IMG/VR virus record: IMGVR_UViG_3300009506_000015
Coordinates: 1-64,000 of that record
Origin: a virus
Strand: one strand, 5' to 3'
DNA length: 64,000 nucleotides
Positions 18,862 through 27,072 of the stretch are shown in pieces. The stretch's first letter is position 1; the number at the start of each line of letters is the position of its first letter. Below the pieces are notes generated by a model that was not told the origin of the DNA, searched no databases, and saw only the letters and a program-made list of their open reading frames with translations. Made by a program: the position numbers and the translations under genes.

Positions 18862-18981
18862 GTTGTGGGGCAGGATTCGAACCTGCTTCCCGCGTTCAGC
18901 CCGTCACTGAGTGTCCGGTAGGGTCATGCATCGGGAACACTAACCCCTATCGCTGCGTGTCACCGTCCACGCCGCCCACAA
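18862..18981 (-). ncRNA. tRNA-like element 1 with expanded anticodon arm
   Basis: Acceptor TTGTGGG/CCCACAA, D stem GCGT/ACGC, T arm GCAGG-TTCGAAT-CCTGC, ~65-nt structured centre. Confidence 0.65.
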
Positions 18982-18987
18982 CGTGTA

Positions 18988-19149
18988 CTACCTTTTGCGC
19001 TTCGGCTCCGTCTCTTCCGCCTTGGCCTTCTCGTATTCTTCCATCGCCTTCTCGATATCGGGGATAACTTCGTCCCCCGCCTTGCCAGTGCGGTACTGGT
19101 CGTGGATGTCCTCTGCGTCGCGGAGAATCCTATCGCTTCTGTTTCCCAT
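18988..19149 (-). CDS. Small hypothetical protein (53 aa, not in ORF track)
   Basis: GGAGG RBS; MGNRSDRILRDAEDIHDQY... Confidence 0.5.
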   Translation of the reverse strand: MGNRSDRILRDAEDIHDQYRTGKAGDEVIPDIEKAMEEYEKAKAEETEPKRKR

Positions 19150-19288
19150 CGTCTTCCTCCTCGAGCGCCCTGCTCAGTTCTTCGCCCAGGTCTTCAAGTT
19201 CATCGTAGTGCCTATTCTTGATCCTGCCCCTGGACGCCTTATCGTTCAGTTGAACGAGGTCTTCTACAATCTGCTGGCTTTTCTTCAT
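19130..19288 (-). CDS. Small hypothetical protein
   Basis: GGAG RBS; MKKSQQIVEDL... Confidence 0.5.
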   Translation of the reverse strand: MKKSQQIVEDLVQLNDKASRGRIKNRHYDELEDLGEELSRALEEEDDGKQKR

Positions 19289-19307
19289 GGCACACTCCGT
19301 AGGTATG

Positions 19308-19409
19308 AAAATAGCCCGTCTAGACGGGCTGCTTGTTAAGATGCGCCTGGTGGGACAGGGCTTGAGGTTCATGGAGTAGCCCTGTCCCGTGGTAGGACGC
19401 CCTGCGTTC
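19308..19409 (-). ncRNA. Candidate ~100-nt sRNA with own promoter and terminator
   Basis: Promoter at 19416-19444; 11-bp stem GGGACAGGGCT/AGCCCTGTCCC; terminal palindrome AGCCCGTCTAGACGGGCT followed by ATTTT. Confidence 0.5.
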
Positions 19410-19415
19410 ATATTC

Positions 19416-19444
19416 ATTATAACATTTTGGGCAGAAAGTGTAAA
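19416..19444 (-). promoter_or_regulatory. Conserved phage promoter
   Basis: TTTACA CTTTCTGCCCAAAATGT TATAAT. Confidence 0.8.
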
Positions 19445-19461
19445 TGTCGAGATACGGACGG

Positions 19462-20049
19462 TCATAGCGGCTCTAATTCTGCGATTTCCGCATATACAAT
19501 ATAAGCTCTTTGCGGCAGGCCGTACTTCTTTATATGCAGGTCTCGCGAATGATCGTAGAACTCCAAGAGCGTGACCGCCCTACGCTTGCCGTCCTTGAAT
19601 GTGCTCCTTTCGACGTAGTATGCCGGGAACTCGTGCGGCACAAACTTTATCCACCACACACTCGACAGGCCGTACCGTTTCCGCAAAGCGCCCACAAAGA
19701 AGTCCAGTTCGTACACGTCGTCCACGCGTATAATCTGGTCTGGCGTTGCGTTGTCCAGCAACCTTACCGATAGAAGCCTTATGGGCTTGCCGTACTTGCT
19801 GTCGTAGTATTCCTGCTTTGCCATGTAGTGCGGCCATTTCGTCTTTCTACCCAACCTGCGGTAGAACGTCTTACAATTCTGAGCTTCGCCTTCGAGTTCT
19901 ATGAAGTATATCGGGTACGCAAGTCGCTGTCCTGTTGTGACGCCATCCGTACATCTGCTAGGGTCTTCCAGGCCGGTCCGTCGCTTGATGTAATCTACGT
20001 AGGCGTCGTATTCCTTGCTGTCGTAGACGACTACAATTCTTTCCACCAT
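19462..20049 (-). CDS. Hypothetical protein, two-copy member of a local paralog family
   Basis: AGGAGG RBS; two E(Y/L)D..(Y/F)P.Y..E units. Confidence 0.6.
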   Translation of the reverse strand: MVERIVVVYDSKEYDAYVDYIKRRTGLEDPSRCTDGVTTGQRLAYPIYFIELEGEAQNCKTFYRRLGRKTKWPHYMAKQEYYDSKYGKPIRLLSVRLLDNATPDQIIRVDDVYELDFFVGALRKRYGLSSVWWIKFVPHEFPAYYVERSTFKDGKRRAVTLLEFYDHSRDLHIKKYGLPQRAYIVYAEIAELEPL

Positions 20050-20080
20050 AGCTGCCTCCTTTTCTGATTTATCACGCCAG

Positions 20081-20153
20081 TTGCGCGGGCGGGATTCGAA
20101 CCCGCATATCCAGGCTCATGAAGCCTGTGCCTTACCAGTCGAGCCACCGCGCA
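20081..20153 (-). tRNA. tRNA with CAT anticodon (Met or Ile2)
   Basis: Cloverleaf TGCGCGG..CCGCGCA; anticodon loop TT-CAT-GA; GGTTCGAATCC; no encoded CCA. Confidence 0.8.
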
Positions 20154-20167
20154 GGTTGTAGGCCCAC

Positions 20168-20350
20168 TTACCTACGTGTTCGCCCCCTAAGTTTATAGGG
20201 GTCTTTCCCATTCACATCGAACGGGTCTTTCTGCCCCAACCGCGACCTGAACGGTTGCGTGAGACCGGCGGATCGCTTTTTCCGCGCACGCCGCTTCTCA
20301 GCGCCCCACATGTAAGGCCACGGCCCACGGTATTTGTGTGGGATAGCCAT
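20168..20350 (-). CDS. Small basic hypothetical protein
   Basis: AGGAGG RBS, between tRNAs. Confidence 0.4.
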   Translation of the reverse strand: MAIPHKYRGPWPYMWGAEKRRARKKRSAGLTQPFRSRLGQKDPFDVNGKDPYKLRGRTRR

Positions 20351-20375
20351 ATTACCCCTCCTAATAACGTGATAA

Positions 20376-20448
20376 TGGGCGCGGCTGGAATCGAACCAGC
20401 GACCTGAACCTTATAAGAGCCCTGCTCTCACCGCTGAGCTACGCGCCC
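20376..20448 (-). tRNA. tRNA-Ile(TAT)
   Basis: GGGCGCG-TA-GCTC..GAGC, loop CT-TAT-AA, GGTTCGATTCC, discriminator A. Confidence 0.9.
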
Positions 20449-20507
20449 GATGCAAAACAAAAGGAACGCTAGGGCTGCCCACAAGAGCAGCCCTAGCATA
20501 AGGACAA

Positions 20508-20681
20508 TCATTCTTCTGCCTTCACCGTGACTGGTACGGCTACCATCCGCTGGACTTCGTTGCCACACACAGTACACCGCGCCTTGCCGCCCTTGCACAG
20601 ATTGAACACGCGTTGTTTGTGACCGTACTTCTTGTCCTGCCACTCGTGTTCGCACCTGCACGTCATGATGACACTGGGCAT
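20508..20681 (-). CDS. Small Zn-binding protein (57 aa, not in ORF track)
   Basis: AGGAGG RBS; CRCEHEWQDKKYG...RVFN...RCTVCG. Confidence 0.6.
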   Translation of the reverse strand: MPSVIMTCRCEHEWQDKKYGHKQRVFNLCKGGKARCTVCGNEVQRMVAVPVTVKAEE

Positions 20682-20690
20682 TGTCGCCTC

Positions 20691-21020
20691 CTACGCCAGC
20701 ATCTTGACTGGCTTGTCGAATACCAGCTCCCAGAGGATTTCCGCTTGCTGCGTGAACCCGTAGACCATCTGGTACTCTTCCGCCTGGTCCTCGTAGTTGG
20801 TCAACCTGCTGATCTTGCAGGTCACTGAACCGCACCAACCCTGGTCGCTGATCCGTTCGAGCATGTACGCCGGGTACTCATCTGGGTCTGTCCACTGACT
20901 GTTACCATCGGTGTCGTACCTGGCCACGTGGTCCTCCTCGATGCGCTCCCGGTAGGCGTTCAGCTCTTCTTCGCTTTCCACGACGATCAACCGTTCCGTA
21001 TCCGAACTCATACCGATCAC
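20691..21020 (-). CDS. Hypothetical protein (paralog family)
   Basis: RLIVVESEEELNAY...PDEYPAYMLE. Confidence 0.55.
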   Translation of the reverse strand: MIGMSSDTERLIVVESEEELNAYRERIEEDHVARYDTDGNSQWTDPDEYPAYMLERISDQGWCGSVTCKISRLTNYEDQAEEYQMVYGFTQQAEILWELVFDKPVKMLA

Positions 21021-21370
21021 CCCCTTTCCGTTTCGAGTGGTTCTATTTTAGCTTCGAGATATACCGCCGCCGACTCCGGCACTCCATGTTCCTGTATGTA
21101 TTCCGATGCCAATATGGCGTAATCTCGGAGCTGTTCTATCCTGACGAAAGCTTTTTGCCATACAACCTCGCCGCCTATTATCGAGCCTTTCTTTTCCAGG
21201 TAATATACTGGAAACCTGGATGGTCTTCCTGCGAAGATCGCCCCTTTGAACGAGATGTCACTGCCAACCTTGTAGTCGTCCAAGCTCGAAGCGCCTACCT
21301 CTTCGAGCCAGTAATTGACATATGCGTCCAGTTCTTCAGCGGTGTTCACTCTTACTAGCCTCGTCTTCAT
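21017..21370 (-). CDS. Hypothetical protein (paralog family)
   Basis: RLVRVNTAEELDAY...PSRFPVYYLE. Confidence 0.55.
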   Translation of the reverse strand: MKTRLVRVNTAEELDAYVNYWLEEVGASSLDDYKVGSDISFKGAIFAGRPSRFPVYYLEKKGSIIGGEVVWQKAFVRIEQLRDYAILASEYIQEHGVPESAAVYLEAKIEPLETERG

Positions 21371-21381
21371 CCTGGCCCCCG

Positions 21382-21792
21382 CTAGAATATCAGCGTTTCC
21401 TGTTCCTGGCTTTCCTCCTTCTGCTTTCTGTCAGATATGACAGTTACGTTGAGGGCGGTCAGGTCGTAGCTAGACCTGCACCCACTCGTGTCCTGCCACA
21501 CGTGAGGAGATTGCTCGCCGTTTTCGGCGTCGCCGCCGATCTCGCCTTCGACAAGGACCACGCTGCCTTTGGCTACGCGATCATACGCATACTGCGCACG
21601 GTCGCCCCAACAGGTAACGCGCCACCAAGTGGTTAGCGCGTATCCCTGCCCAGCTTCCTTCCAGCCCTTAATCTGCTTCGAGCTGTACTTGCTGGTCGCT
21701 ACGCTGAACGTCGTCAGCGCCGTTCCACTGTTGGTGTACTTCATTTCCGGTTCGCCACCAACGCGCCCTACGATTGTTACTTTGTTAAACAT
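21382..21792 (-). CDS. ssb: Single-stranded DNA-binding protein
   Basis: MFNKVTIVGRVG.EPEMKYT, FSVATS, TTWWRVTCWG, KGSVVLVEG; acidic tail ending in F. Confidence 0.92.
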   Translation of the reverse strand: MFNKVTIVGRVGGEPEMKYTNSGTALTTFSVATSKYSSKQIKGWKEAGQGYALTTWWRVTCWGDRAQYAYDRVAKGSVVLVEGEIGGDAENGEQSPHVWQDTSGCRSSYDLTALNVTVISDRKQKEESQEQETLIF

Positions 21793-21811
21793 ACCATTCT
21801 CCGTTTAGACA

Positions 21812-21996
21812 TATAGCGGAGGGCAGGTCAGAGCGAGTGAGCCTGCCCTCCGCATCAAGAAAGGAGGTGTCCTCTAGGGACCATTGCCTGGGGAGACGCG
21901 CACTAACATTGTACCACATATTCATCCCCCCAGGCGTATGCAAGGAGTTGGCCGGGCTATGTACGGCAGCTACCAGATTTCCGTACACCTTCCGAC
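21812..21996 (-). ncRNA. Candidate sRNA or structured leader with anti-Shine-Dalgarno tract
   Basis: Promoter at 22002-22030; three hairpins; CACCTCCTTTCT just before a 12-bp GC hairpin. Confidence 0.45.
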
Positions 21997-22001
21997 ACCC
22001 T

Positions 22002-22030
22002 ATTATAACATTTCTGGCGCGTTCTGTAAA
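22002..22030 (-). promoter_or_regulatory. Conserved phage promoter
   Basis: TTTACA GAACGCGCCAGAAATGT TATAAT. Confidence 0.8.
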
Positions 22031-22045
22031 TGGTGGCGTGCGCGC

Positions 22046-22861
22046 TCACAACGTGCGCAATGACACGTCTATGTCCGGCTGCCCATCGTGGCGGCGCGTT
22101 ATGTCGATCCTGGCGTATCCCGCGACTGGCGTCGTACCGCCCCTGTTTTCCAGGTACGTATGTTTCCCGGTGATAGGCATGGATATCACGCCCCACCGCA
22201 TCTGCGGTTCTTCGTAGCCAGCGCGGTTCAGGACATCCACACTTTCAGGGAATATCATGCCCCTGTGTGTGTGGGCGACAAGCACCACATCTGCGTTCTT
22301 CTTCCAGGTAAGCCGTTGCAGTTTCAACGCATCCCCGCCTCTAAGTTCACCTCCGCCCCACCCATGCGTCACGTAGATATCTACGGCATACCTGTATTTC
22401 CCGTTTTTATTCCTCAGCCGTACTTTAAGCCAGCCGGATTGCAGGGTAGAACCAGTATACGGAGCGGACATTCGCTCCGCAATCACCGCCGCGGCGTCGA
22501 TGTGATACATCTTTGCGGCTTTAGACTCGTGGTTTCCAGTAACCATCATGGCCCATTTACCTGCCGTCGGTGCCCATATCTTGCAGAATCTAAGGGCCTG
22601 TATGTAGAATATGTTATGTATCAGTTCGGGGACTATGGGGGTTGACAGTTCGTGAGGGTCGAACCTTCTGTCACTTGGGGCTATCGCTTCTATATAGTCA
22701 CCTGCACCGATGATCATGCCGTATTCGTCCTCTGCCACTATCTTCGCGAGTCTTCCTTGCTTGTCTTCGCACGATGCCACAGAACCCACGTGCGTGTCGT
22801 TTACAGCGTAAAGTCGCAGGACTGGCTTGTCCCAGTCTATGATGACGGCTTTCCTCTTCAA
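22046..22861 (-). CDS. Calcineurin-like metallophosphoesterase
   Basis: DTHVG, GDYIE, GNHE, HG, AHTH motifs. Confidence 0.85.
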   Translation of the reverse strand: MKRKAVIIDWDKPVLRLYAVNDTHVGSVASCEDKQGRLAKIVAEDEYGMIIGAGDYIEAIAPSDRRFDPHELSTPIVPELIHNIFYIQALRFCKIWAPTAGKWAMMVTGNHESKAAKMYHIDAAAVIAERMSAPYTGSTLQSGWLKVRLRNKNGKYRYAVDIYVTHGWGGGELRGGDALKLQRLTWKKNADVVLVAHTHRGMIFPESVDVLNRAGYEEPQMRWGVISMPITGKHTYLENRGGTTPVAGYARIDITRRHDGQPDIDVSLRTL

Positions 22862-22877
22862 TGTTCCCTCCTATAAA

Positions 22878-22908
22878 AATAGGGCATACCGACGTGGTAT
22901 GCCCTATT
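22878..22908 (-). terminator. Intrinsic terminator
   Basis: 13-bp stem AATAGGGCATACC/GGTATGCCCTATT with a T run on the minus strand. Confidence 0.7.
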
Positions 22909-22930
22909 CTACAGGATTACGGGATATCTG

Positions 22931-23215
22931 TCAATCTTTTCCTACGGAACTCAGGACCGACTCCATGAGTTCAAGAGCCTGGTCGAACCAGGGATTGGCG
23001 AAGCGGTCGATGCGCTCTTTCGGCGGCAGGGACTTCCTATCCCTGAACTTGATGGGCGCGACAGCCTGTGCGGCGCTTATGAACCCGCCCTTGTCGAGGA
23101 TCATCGTCGCCTTGCGGTCCCACGACTTGTTAGGGTCTTGGTAGATGTCCTTGAACACCTGAGCGAGAGCGCCTATCATGTGGGCTTGAATGAGGGCGAT
23201 GTCGTCGTCCATCAT
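22931..23215 (-). CDS. Hypothetical protein
   Basis: ATGA-coupled start MMDDDIAL. Confidence 0.5.
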   Translation of the reverse strand: MMDDDIALIQAHMIGALAQVFKDIYQDPNKSWDRKATMILDKGGFISAAQAVAPIKFRDRKSLPPKERIDRFANPWFDQALELMESVLSSVGKD

Positions 23216-23700
23216 TCCAGCTTCCTGTAGCCGCACGCCGGGCAGTCGTTGACGTGTTCTTCGTAGTCCTCGCCGTACTCTTCCACTACTTCGTCGTAGG
23301 GTGGCAGGTCGGCCCCGCACGTGCCGCACACGCGTGGCTGGATGCGCGTATCGAGTCCCATCTCGCGCACGACCCAGGCCACGAACATGGCTTGTGCCAG
23401 GGATGTGATGACGTTGGACAGCACGTAGTCGTCGTCGTTGATGACGGCGTCATGTACCATCGTGGCCATTTCCACGGTCAAGACGGCTTTCAGGACGGCG
23501 AAATTCCCGAATCCTTCCGCTTCTGCCAGGAACGCGATAGCCTTGCGGGTATCCTTCCTGGTCATCAATTCGGCGGCCAGCGGGTACAGTTCCTCGTCAA
23601 GGAATAGCTTCTGAAGCTCGTCCGACGCGATCAGGAAGTCGTGTTCTTTCATGGTTTCCACGAGTTCGTGGAGCTGTTCTGCGAGTTCTGAACTACGCAT
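23212..23700 (-). CDS. Hypothetical protein with C-terminal Zn ribbon
   Basis: CGTC...CPACG. Confidence 0.6.
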   Translation of the reverse strand: MRSSELAEQLHELVETMKEHDFLIASDELQKLFLDEELYPLAAELMTRKDTRKAIAFLAEAEGFGNFAVLKAVLTVEMATMVHDAVINDDDYVLSNVITSLAQAMFVAWVVREMGLDTRIQPRVCGTCGADLPPYDEVVEEYGEDYEEHVNDCPACGYRKLE

Positions 23701-24073
23701 CGCCCATACCCTCCTGCCACAGCTTGATGCACAGACACGTCGCGGCGCGCTCTACAAACACGGTACACTGGATAGCGTTGGAGAACTCCGCGCTTTGCTG
23801 TAGCACGGCCAGAGCAGCGGCCTGCGCCGGTAAAGGCCCGAACAGCGCCTTCACAACGGTCCGGTTCTGGTACGCCGACGTCGTGGAGAGCGGCCTTGCC
23901 ATCAGGCTAATGACGCCGTCTTGGCTAAACAGCTCGTCGTAGATCGGGTACAGAGATTGGTCCAGAAGTATGTCGAGCGACTTCACCAGATCGGGGTCCG
24001 AAGCTATGGATTCCTGTTCCATGAGGTAGTCCCACACGGTCTTGAGCTGGTGCTTCTCTTTCTTTGGTTCCAC
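23693..24073 (-). CDS. Hypothetical protein, paralog of the downstream gene
   Basis: GGAGG RBS; LLDQSLYP vs FLDEELYP. Confidence 0.55.
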   Translation of the reverse strand: MEPKKEKHQLKTVWDYLMEQESIASDPDLVKSLDILLDQSLYPIYDELFSQDGVISLMARPLSTTSAYQNRTVVKALFGPLPAQAAALAVLQQSAEFSNAIQCTVFVERAATCLCIKLWQEGMGDA

Positions 24074-24198
24074 TAGATACTCACCTCCAAGTATATTACA
24101 CGTTCACAACCTGCGGGCCGAGTCCCTGGGTTTGTGCAGGTTTGACGTGCCTGTCTCGGTCGTGCCCCCTGCACGTGCAGGGGGCTTTGTGCTACTTT

Positions 24199-26091
24199 TT
24201 ATATCAGGTCCAGTATGTGCCTGACGCTGGTCACGACGAACAATTCCGCCATGTCCTGCTCTCCGCCGTCGATTGCCTCGTCAAAGGCCGACTGCTTCGA
24301 TCTAAGCACCTTAGACATCGTTTCATCTATTGTGCCTCGCAGCGCGGGGAATAGCGCCACCACCTGGCCTTTTTGTCCGAACCTCCAAATTCTTCCCAGG
24401 GCTTGGATCACGTCCTTGGGCAGCCACGGTAGGTTTAGGAACACGCCATAGACCGTGTCTGATTCCCCGACGCCACCCTGGAGGTTCATGCCTTCGAACG
24501 CGGCGGGTGACAGCAGCAGGACTTTGATATCCTGCCTGGTGTTCCACGCCTGTTGGAGGATGAACCTGCTCTCCTTCGGCACGCTGGAGTCGATGTACGA
24601 TATGTAGCCTTCCGGGTGCTTGGTGATTCCTTGCGGGACTAGCTGTTTGTTCCTGACGACCAGGATGTCCAGTTTGTTCTCCTTGCACAGTCGCCTGATG
24701 AGCGGTCGTAAAGCGCCTGTCCAGTCCGAGAACACAACCAGCTTATCGCCGTTACCGATAATCTGGTCGTCAATGAAATTCACCAGCCAATCTTGCTTGG
24801 CACCCTTGTCCGAGATAGGAATACTGAGGTCCGGCGCAAACTCCGGCTTGTGTCCGGCGATGGCGGCGGAGAATTCCTTCGGCGTCATGGTGGTCACTCG
24901 CCTGAAGTACATCAACTGCGCGAGTATGGAACGAATCCTTGTCGGTTCGTACCCATCTTCGCCGTCGTACATCATCAGGAACCCTTCTCGGAGACGCTTG
25001 TACAGCGTCTTCTGGTCCGGGGTTGGGTCCAGCATGACATGTTCGTACTGCGGCTTCGGCGCTTTGATAACTTCCGCACGACGCCAGCGAATCATGCCAT
25101 ACCGCCTCAGTCTGTCGTTCAGTTCTGGCATATTCCTCTGGTTTGCACCGGAGACATAGCCCCACGAGCTGAACGAACAATACTTGAGCCTGAATTGGTC
25201 GAACGACCCCCACGTGGGCGGCCTGGAGCGGTAGCGTATGGTCAGGGAGTCGACCTTGTCCCTAAAGGGCTTCTGGCCAACCTTGCCCCTATCATACAGC
25301 TTGCACGTCTTCTTTCTGGACATCCAGTGTTCACACCCGTTGCACCCATCGCCGCGCCCTATCAGGTTTCGCTGCTTCCACGATTCCAGCGGGCAGATGC
25401 CGTGGATGGGTTCCGGTGGCTTACCCTTGTACGTCTTATCATACGTGTCGGCGTTGTCGAGCCATGCCACGACGCCCCACAACGAATCAGGTTTGTTCGA
25501 TAGTGGCGTGCCTGTCAGGGCGACATTGAACCCGGCGGTGATAGAACGCACGGCGACGGAACGTTTGCGCTCTGACCACTTGATGTAGTGGGCTTCGTCG
25601 CAGACTACGGCTAAAAAGAACGGGTGGTGCCCATCCTTATCTAGCCACTGGAATGTCTGCTGGTGAATCCGAACAAGGTCGTAGTTGACAATCACGAACT
25701 TGGGCTTCAGCAGTTTCATGAATTCCAGTTGTTGGTCCCGTTCGCCAGGGTTGCCGTCGATCACCCAGATATCGGACGGCCTGGGGTTCGCCCATGTCTT
25801 TATCTCGTCCAACCAGTTGTACTTGACGCTGGCTGGCACGATATACAGAACTGGCGATTCTGCGCGTTTGTCCTTCTTCTTGCGCAGATACTCGCGCACC
25901 ATGTTGATGTAGACGATGGTACTGGGCGTCTTGCCTGTCCCTACGTCTGCGAACAGCGGCAGCTTGAACCCGTTAAGGTCTTTGCCGCTGGCCTCATAGT
26001 ACGCTGCCCCTCGCTCCAGGGCGGCTACTAGGTCGCGGCGCTGGTACTCGCCACGACCGTCACCGACCAGCTTCTTGAGTATATCGGTCAT
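24199..26091 (-). CDS. SNF2-family helicase/ATPase with Cys-rich insertion
   Basis: ADVGTGKT, IVPAS, DEAH, LTGTP, VVFS, EGMNLQ, QALGRIWRFGQ; start moved to ATG 26091 (GGAGG RBS). Confidence 0.88.
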   Translation of the reverse strand: MTDILKKLVGDGRGEYQRRDLVAALERGAAYYEASGKDLNGFKLPLFADVGTGKTPSTIVYINMVREYLRKKKDKRAESPVLYIVPASVKYNWLDEIKTWANPRPSDIWVIDGNPGERDQQLEFMKLLKPKFVIVNYDLVRIHQQTFQWLDKDGHHPFFLAVVCDEAHYIKWSERKRSVAVRSITAGFNVALTGTPLSNKPDSLWGVVAWLDNADTYDKTYKGKPPEPIHGICPLESWKQRNLIGRGDGCNGCEHWMSRKKTCKLYDRGKVGQKPFRDKVDSLTIRYRSRPPTWGSFDQFRLKYCSFSSWGYVSGANQRNMPELNDRLRRYGMIRWRRAEVIKAPKPQYEHVMLDPTPDQKTLYKRLREGFLMMYDGEDGYEPTRIRSILAQLMYFRRVTTMTPKEFSAAIAGHKPEFAPDLSIPISDKGAKQDWLVNFIDDQIIGNGDKLVVFSDWTGALRPLIRRLCKENKLDILVVRNKQLVPQGITKHPEGYISYIDSSVPKESRFILQQAWNTRQDIKVLLLSPAAFEGMNLQGGVGESDTVYGVFLNLPWLPKDVIQALGRIWRFGQKGQVVALFPALRGTIDETMSKVLRSKQSAFDEAIDGGEQDMAELFVVTSVRHILDLI

Positions 26092-26163
26092 AGTCCACCT
26101 CCTTGATATTCGACCGCTCACCTTGCCCTTTGATGCTATCTCAGGGCAAAGTCGGTTGTCGAA

Positions 26164-26403
26164 TCAGTCCATGATTGCCGCTATGACCAGGGCAACCACG
26201 GATACGATGGCGAGTATCGTGAATATGACTATCGTGGCAGAAACGACCAGTCCGGCGTATATCCACACTGGACTGATCACCCATATCCACTCCCAGTCTA
26301 TCACGTTAGTCAATTTGAGTCCTACGAACAGCACTGTCAGGAGCACGGCCAACAACCCGCCGCACCCTATGGTCCCAGTGGTTGTGGTTCGCTCGTTAGA
26401 CAC
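26164..26403 (-). CDS. Small membrane protein of a widespread phage family
   Basis: LFVGLKLTNVIDWEWIWVISPVW, two hydrophobic segments. Confidence 0.65.
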   Translation of the reverse strand: MSNERTTTTGTIGCGGLLAVLLTVLFVGLKLTNVIDWEWIWVISPVWIYAGLVVSATIVIFTILAIVSVVALVIAAIMD

Positions 26404-26605
26404 GACGAGACCTGCCTTTCAGGTGTCGGAACCCGTTGAGCATATCGACTGCGCCGTGTTCCCGCGCCCACTCGGTTGCCCGGTCCCACCCGTTGGAACG
26501 GATCACGCGTTTCAGTTTGTTGCGGATATCATGCCGTTCCAGCCAGTACCGCTTCTTCGTTGGCTTCTTCTTGAACCGTCCGAACTGTTTAGGTGCCATC
26601 GTCAA
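26396..26605 (-). CDS. Small basic hypothetical protein
   Basis: Overlap-coupled ORF. Confidence 0.5.
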   Translation of the reverse strand: MTMAPKQFGRFKKKPTKKRYWLERHDIRNKLKRVIRSNGWDRATEWAREHGAVDMLNGFRHLKGRSRRV

Positions 26606-26969
26606 TCGCCTCCAGGTTTAGCTCTCCATTTTCAATGGCCTGAATAATGGAGGCCATGAGCGCCCTGCGCCGGTCCCAGGTCTCGTCGTTCAGGTGCCTG
26701 TAGACGCCTGACGCGCCGTCCTGCAACACGCACACGAGCGCATTGCCTTGCTCTACCTTGTAGAACGTGGCTTCGTAACTGCCAGTGAGCCGCACGAACT
26801 GACCGTTTTCCAGGTGGCCCAGTTCGAACCACGCGAGTTCGGCCCAGTATGCAGCCTTCTTGTTGCCCAGCGGGACACCCGCCGGTGGTGCTGCGCGTTC
26901 TACAAGGCTCCACTTCGCACCGTTGAAGACTGTGCTGTTGAAGTAGCCTTGTACTGTATCCATACTCAC
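26589..26969 (-). CDS. Hypothetical protein
   Basis: AGGAGG RBS. Confidence 0.55.
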   Translation of the reverse strand: MSMDTVQGYFNSTVFNGAKWSLVERAAPPAGVPLGNKKAAYWAELAWFELGHLENGQFVRLTGSYEATFYKVEQGNALVCVLQDGASGVYRHLNDETWDRRRALMASIIQAIENGELNLEAIDDGT

Positions 26970-26988
26970 CTCCTGATTATGGGATAAG

Positions 26989-27061
26989 CGGGTCGGGCGG
27001 GATTCGAACCCGCAACCTGCGGTTCCAAGGACCGCTGCTCTACCATTTGAGCTACCGACCT
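26989..27061 (-). tRNA. tRNA-Gln(TTG)
   Basis: Cloverleaf; loop CC-TTG-GA (atypical C33); 1-72 mismatch, G2-C71, G3-C70 and G73 match Gln identity. Confidence 0.8.
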
Positions 27062-27072
27062 GATTCTTACTC

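Noticed and set aside
18360-18981. tmRNA
   Set aside because: No Ala acceptor with G3-U70, no CCA end and no recognisable tag reading frame
23212-24073. Adjacent paralog pair as a distinct system
   Set aside because: The similarity is visible but short, with no functional motif beyond a Zn ribbon; recorded as features only
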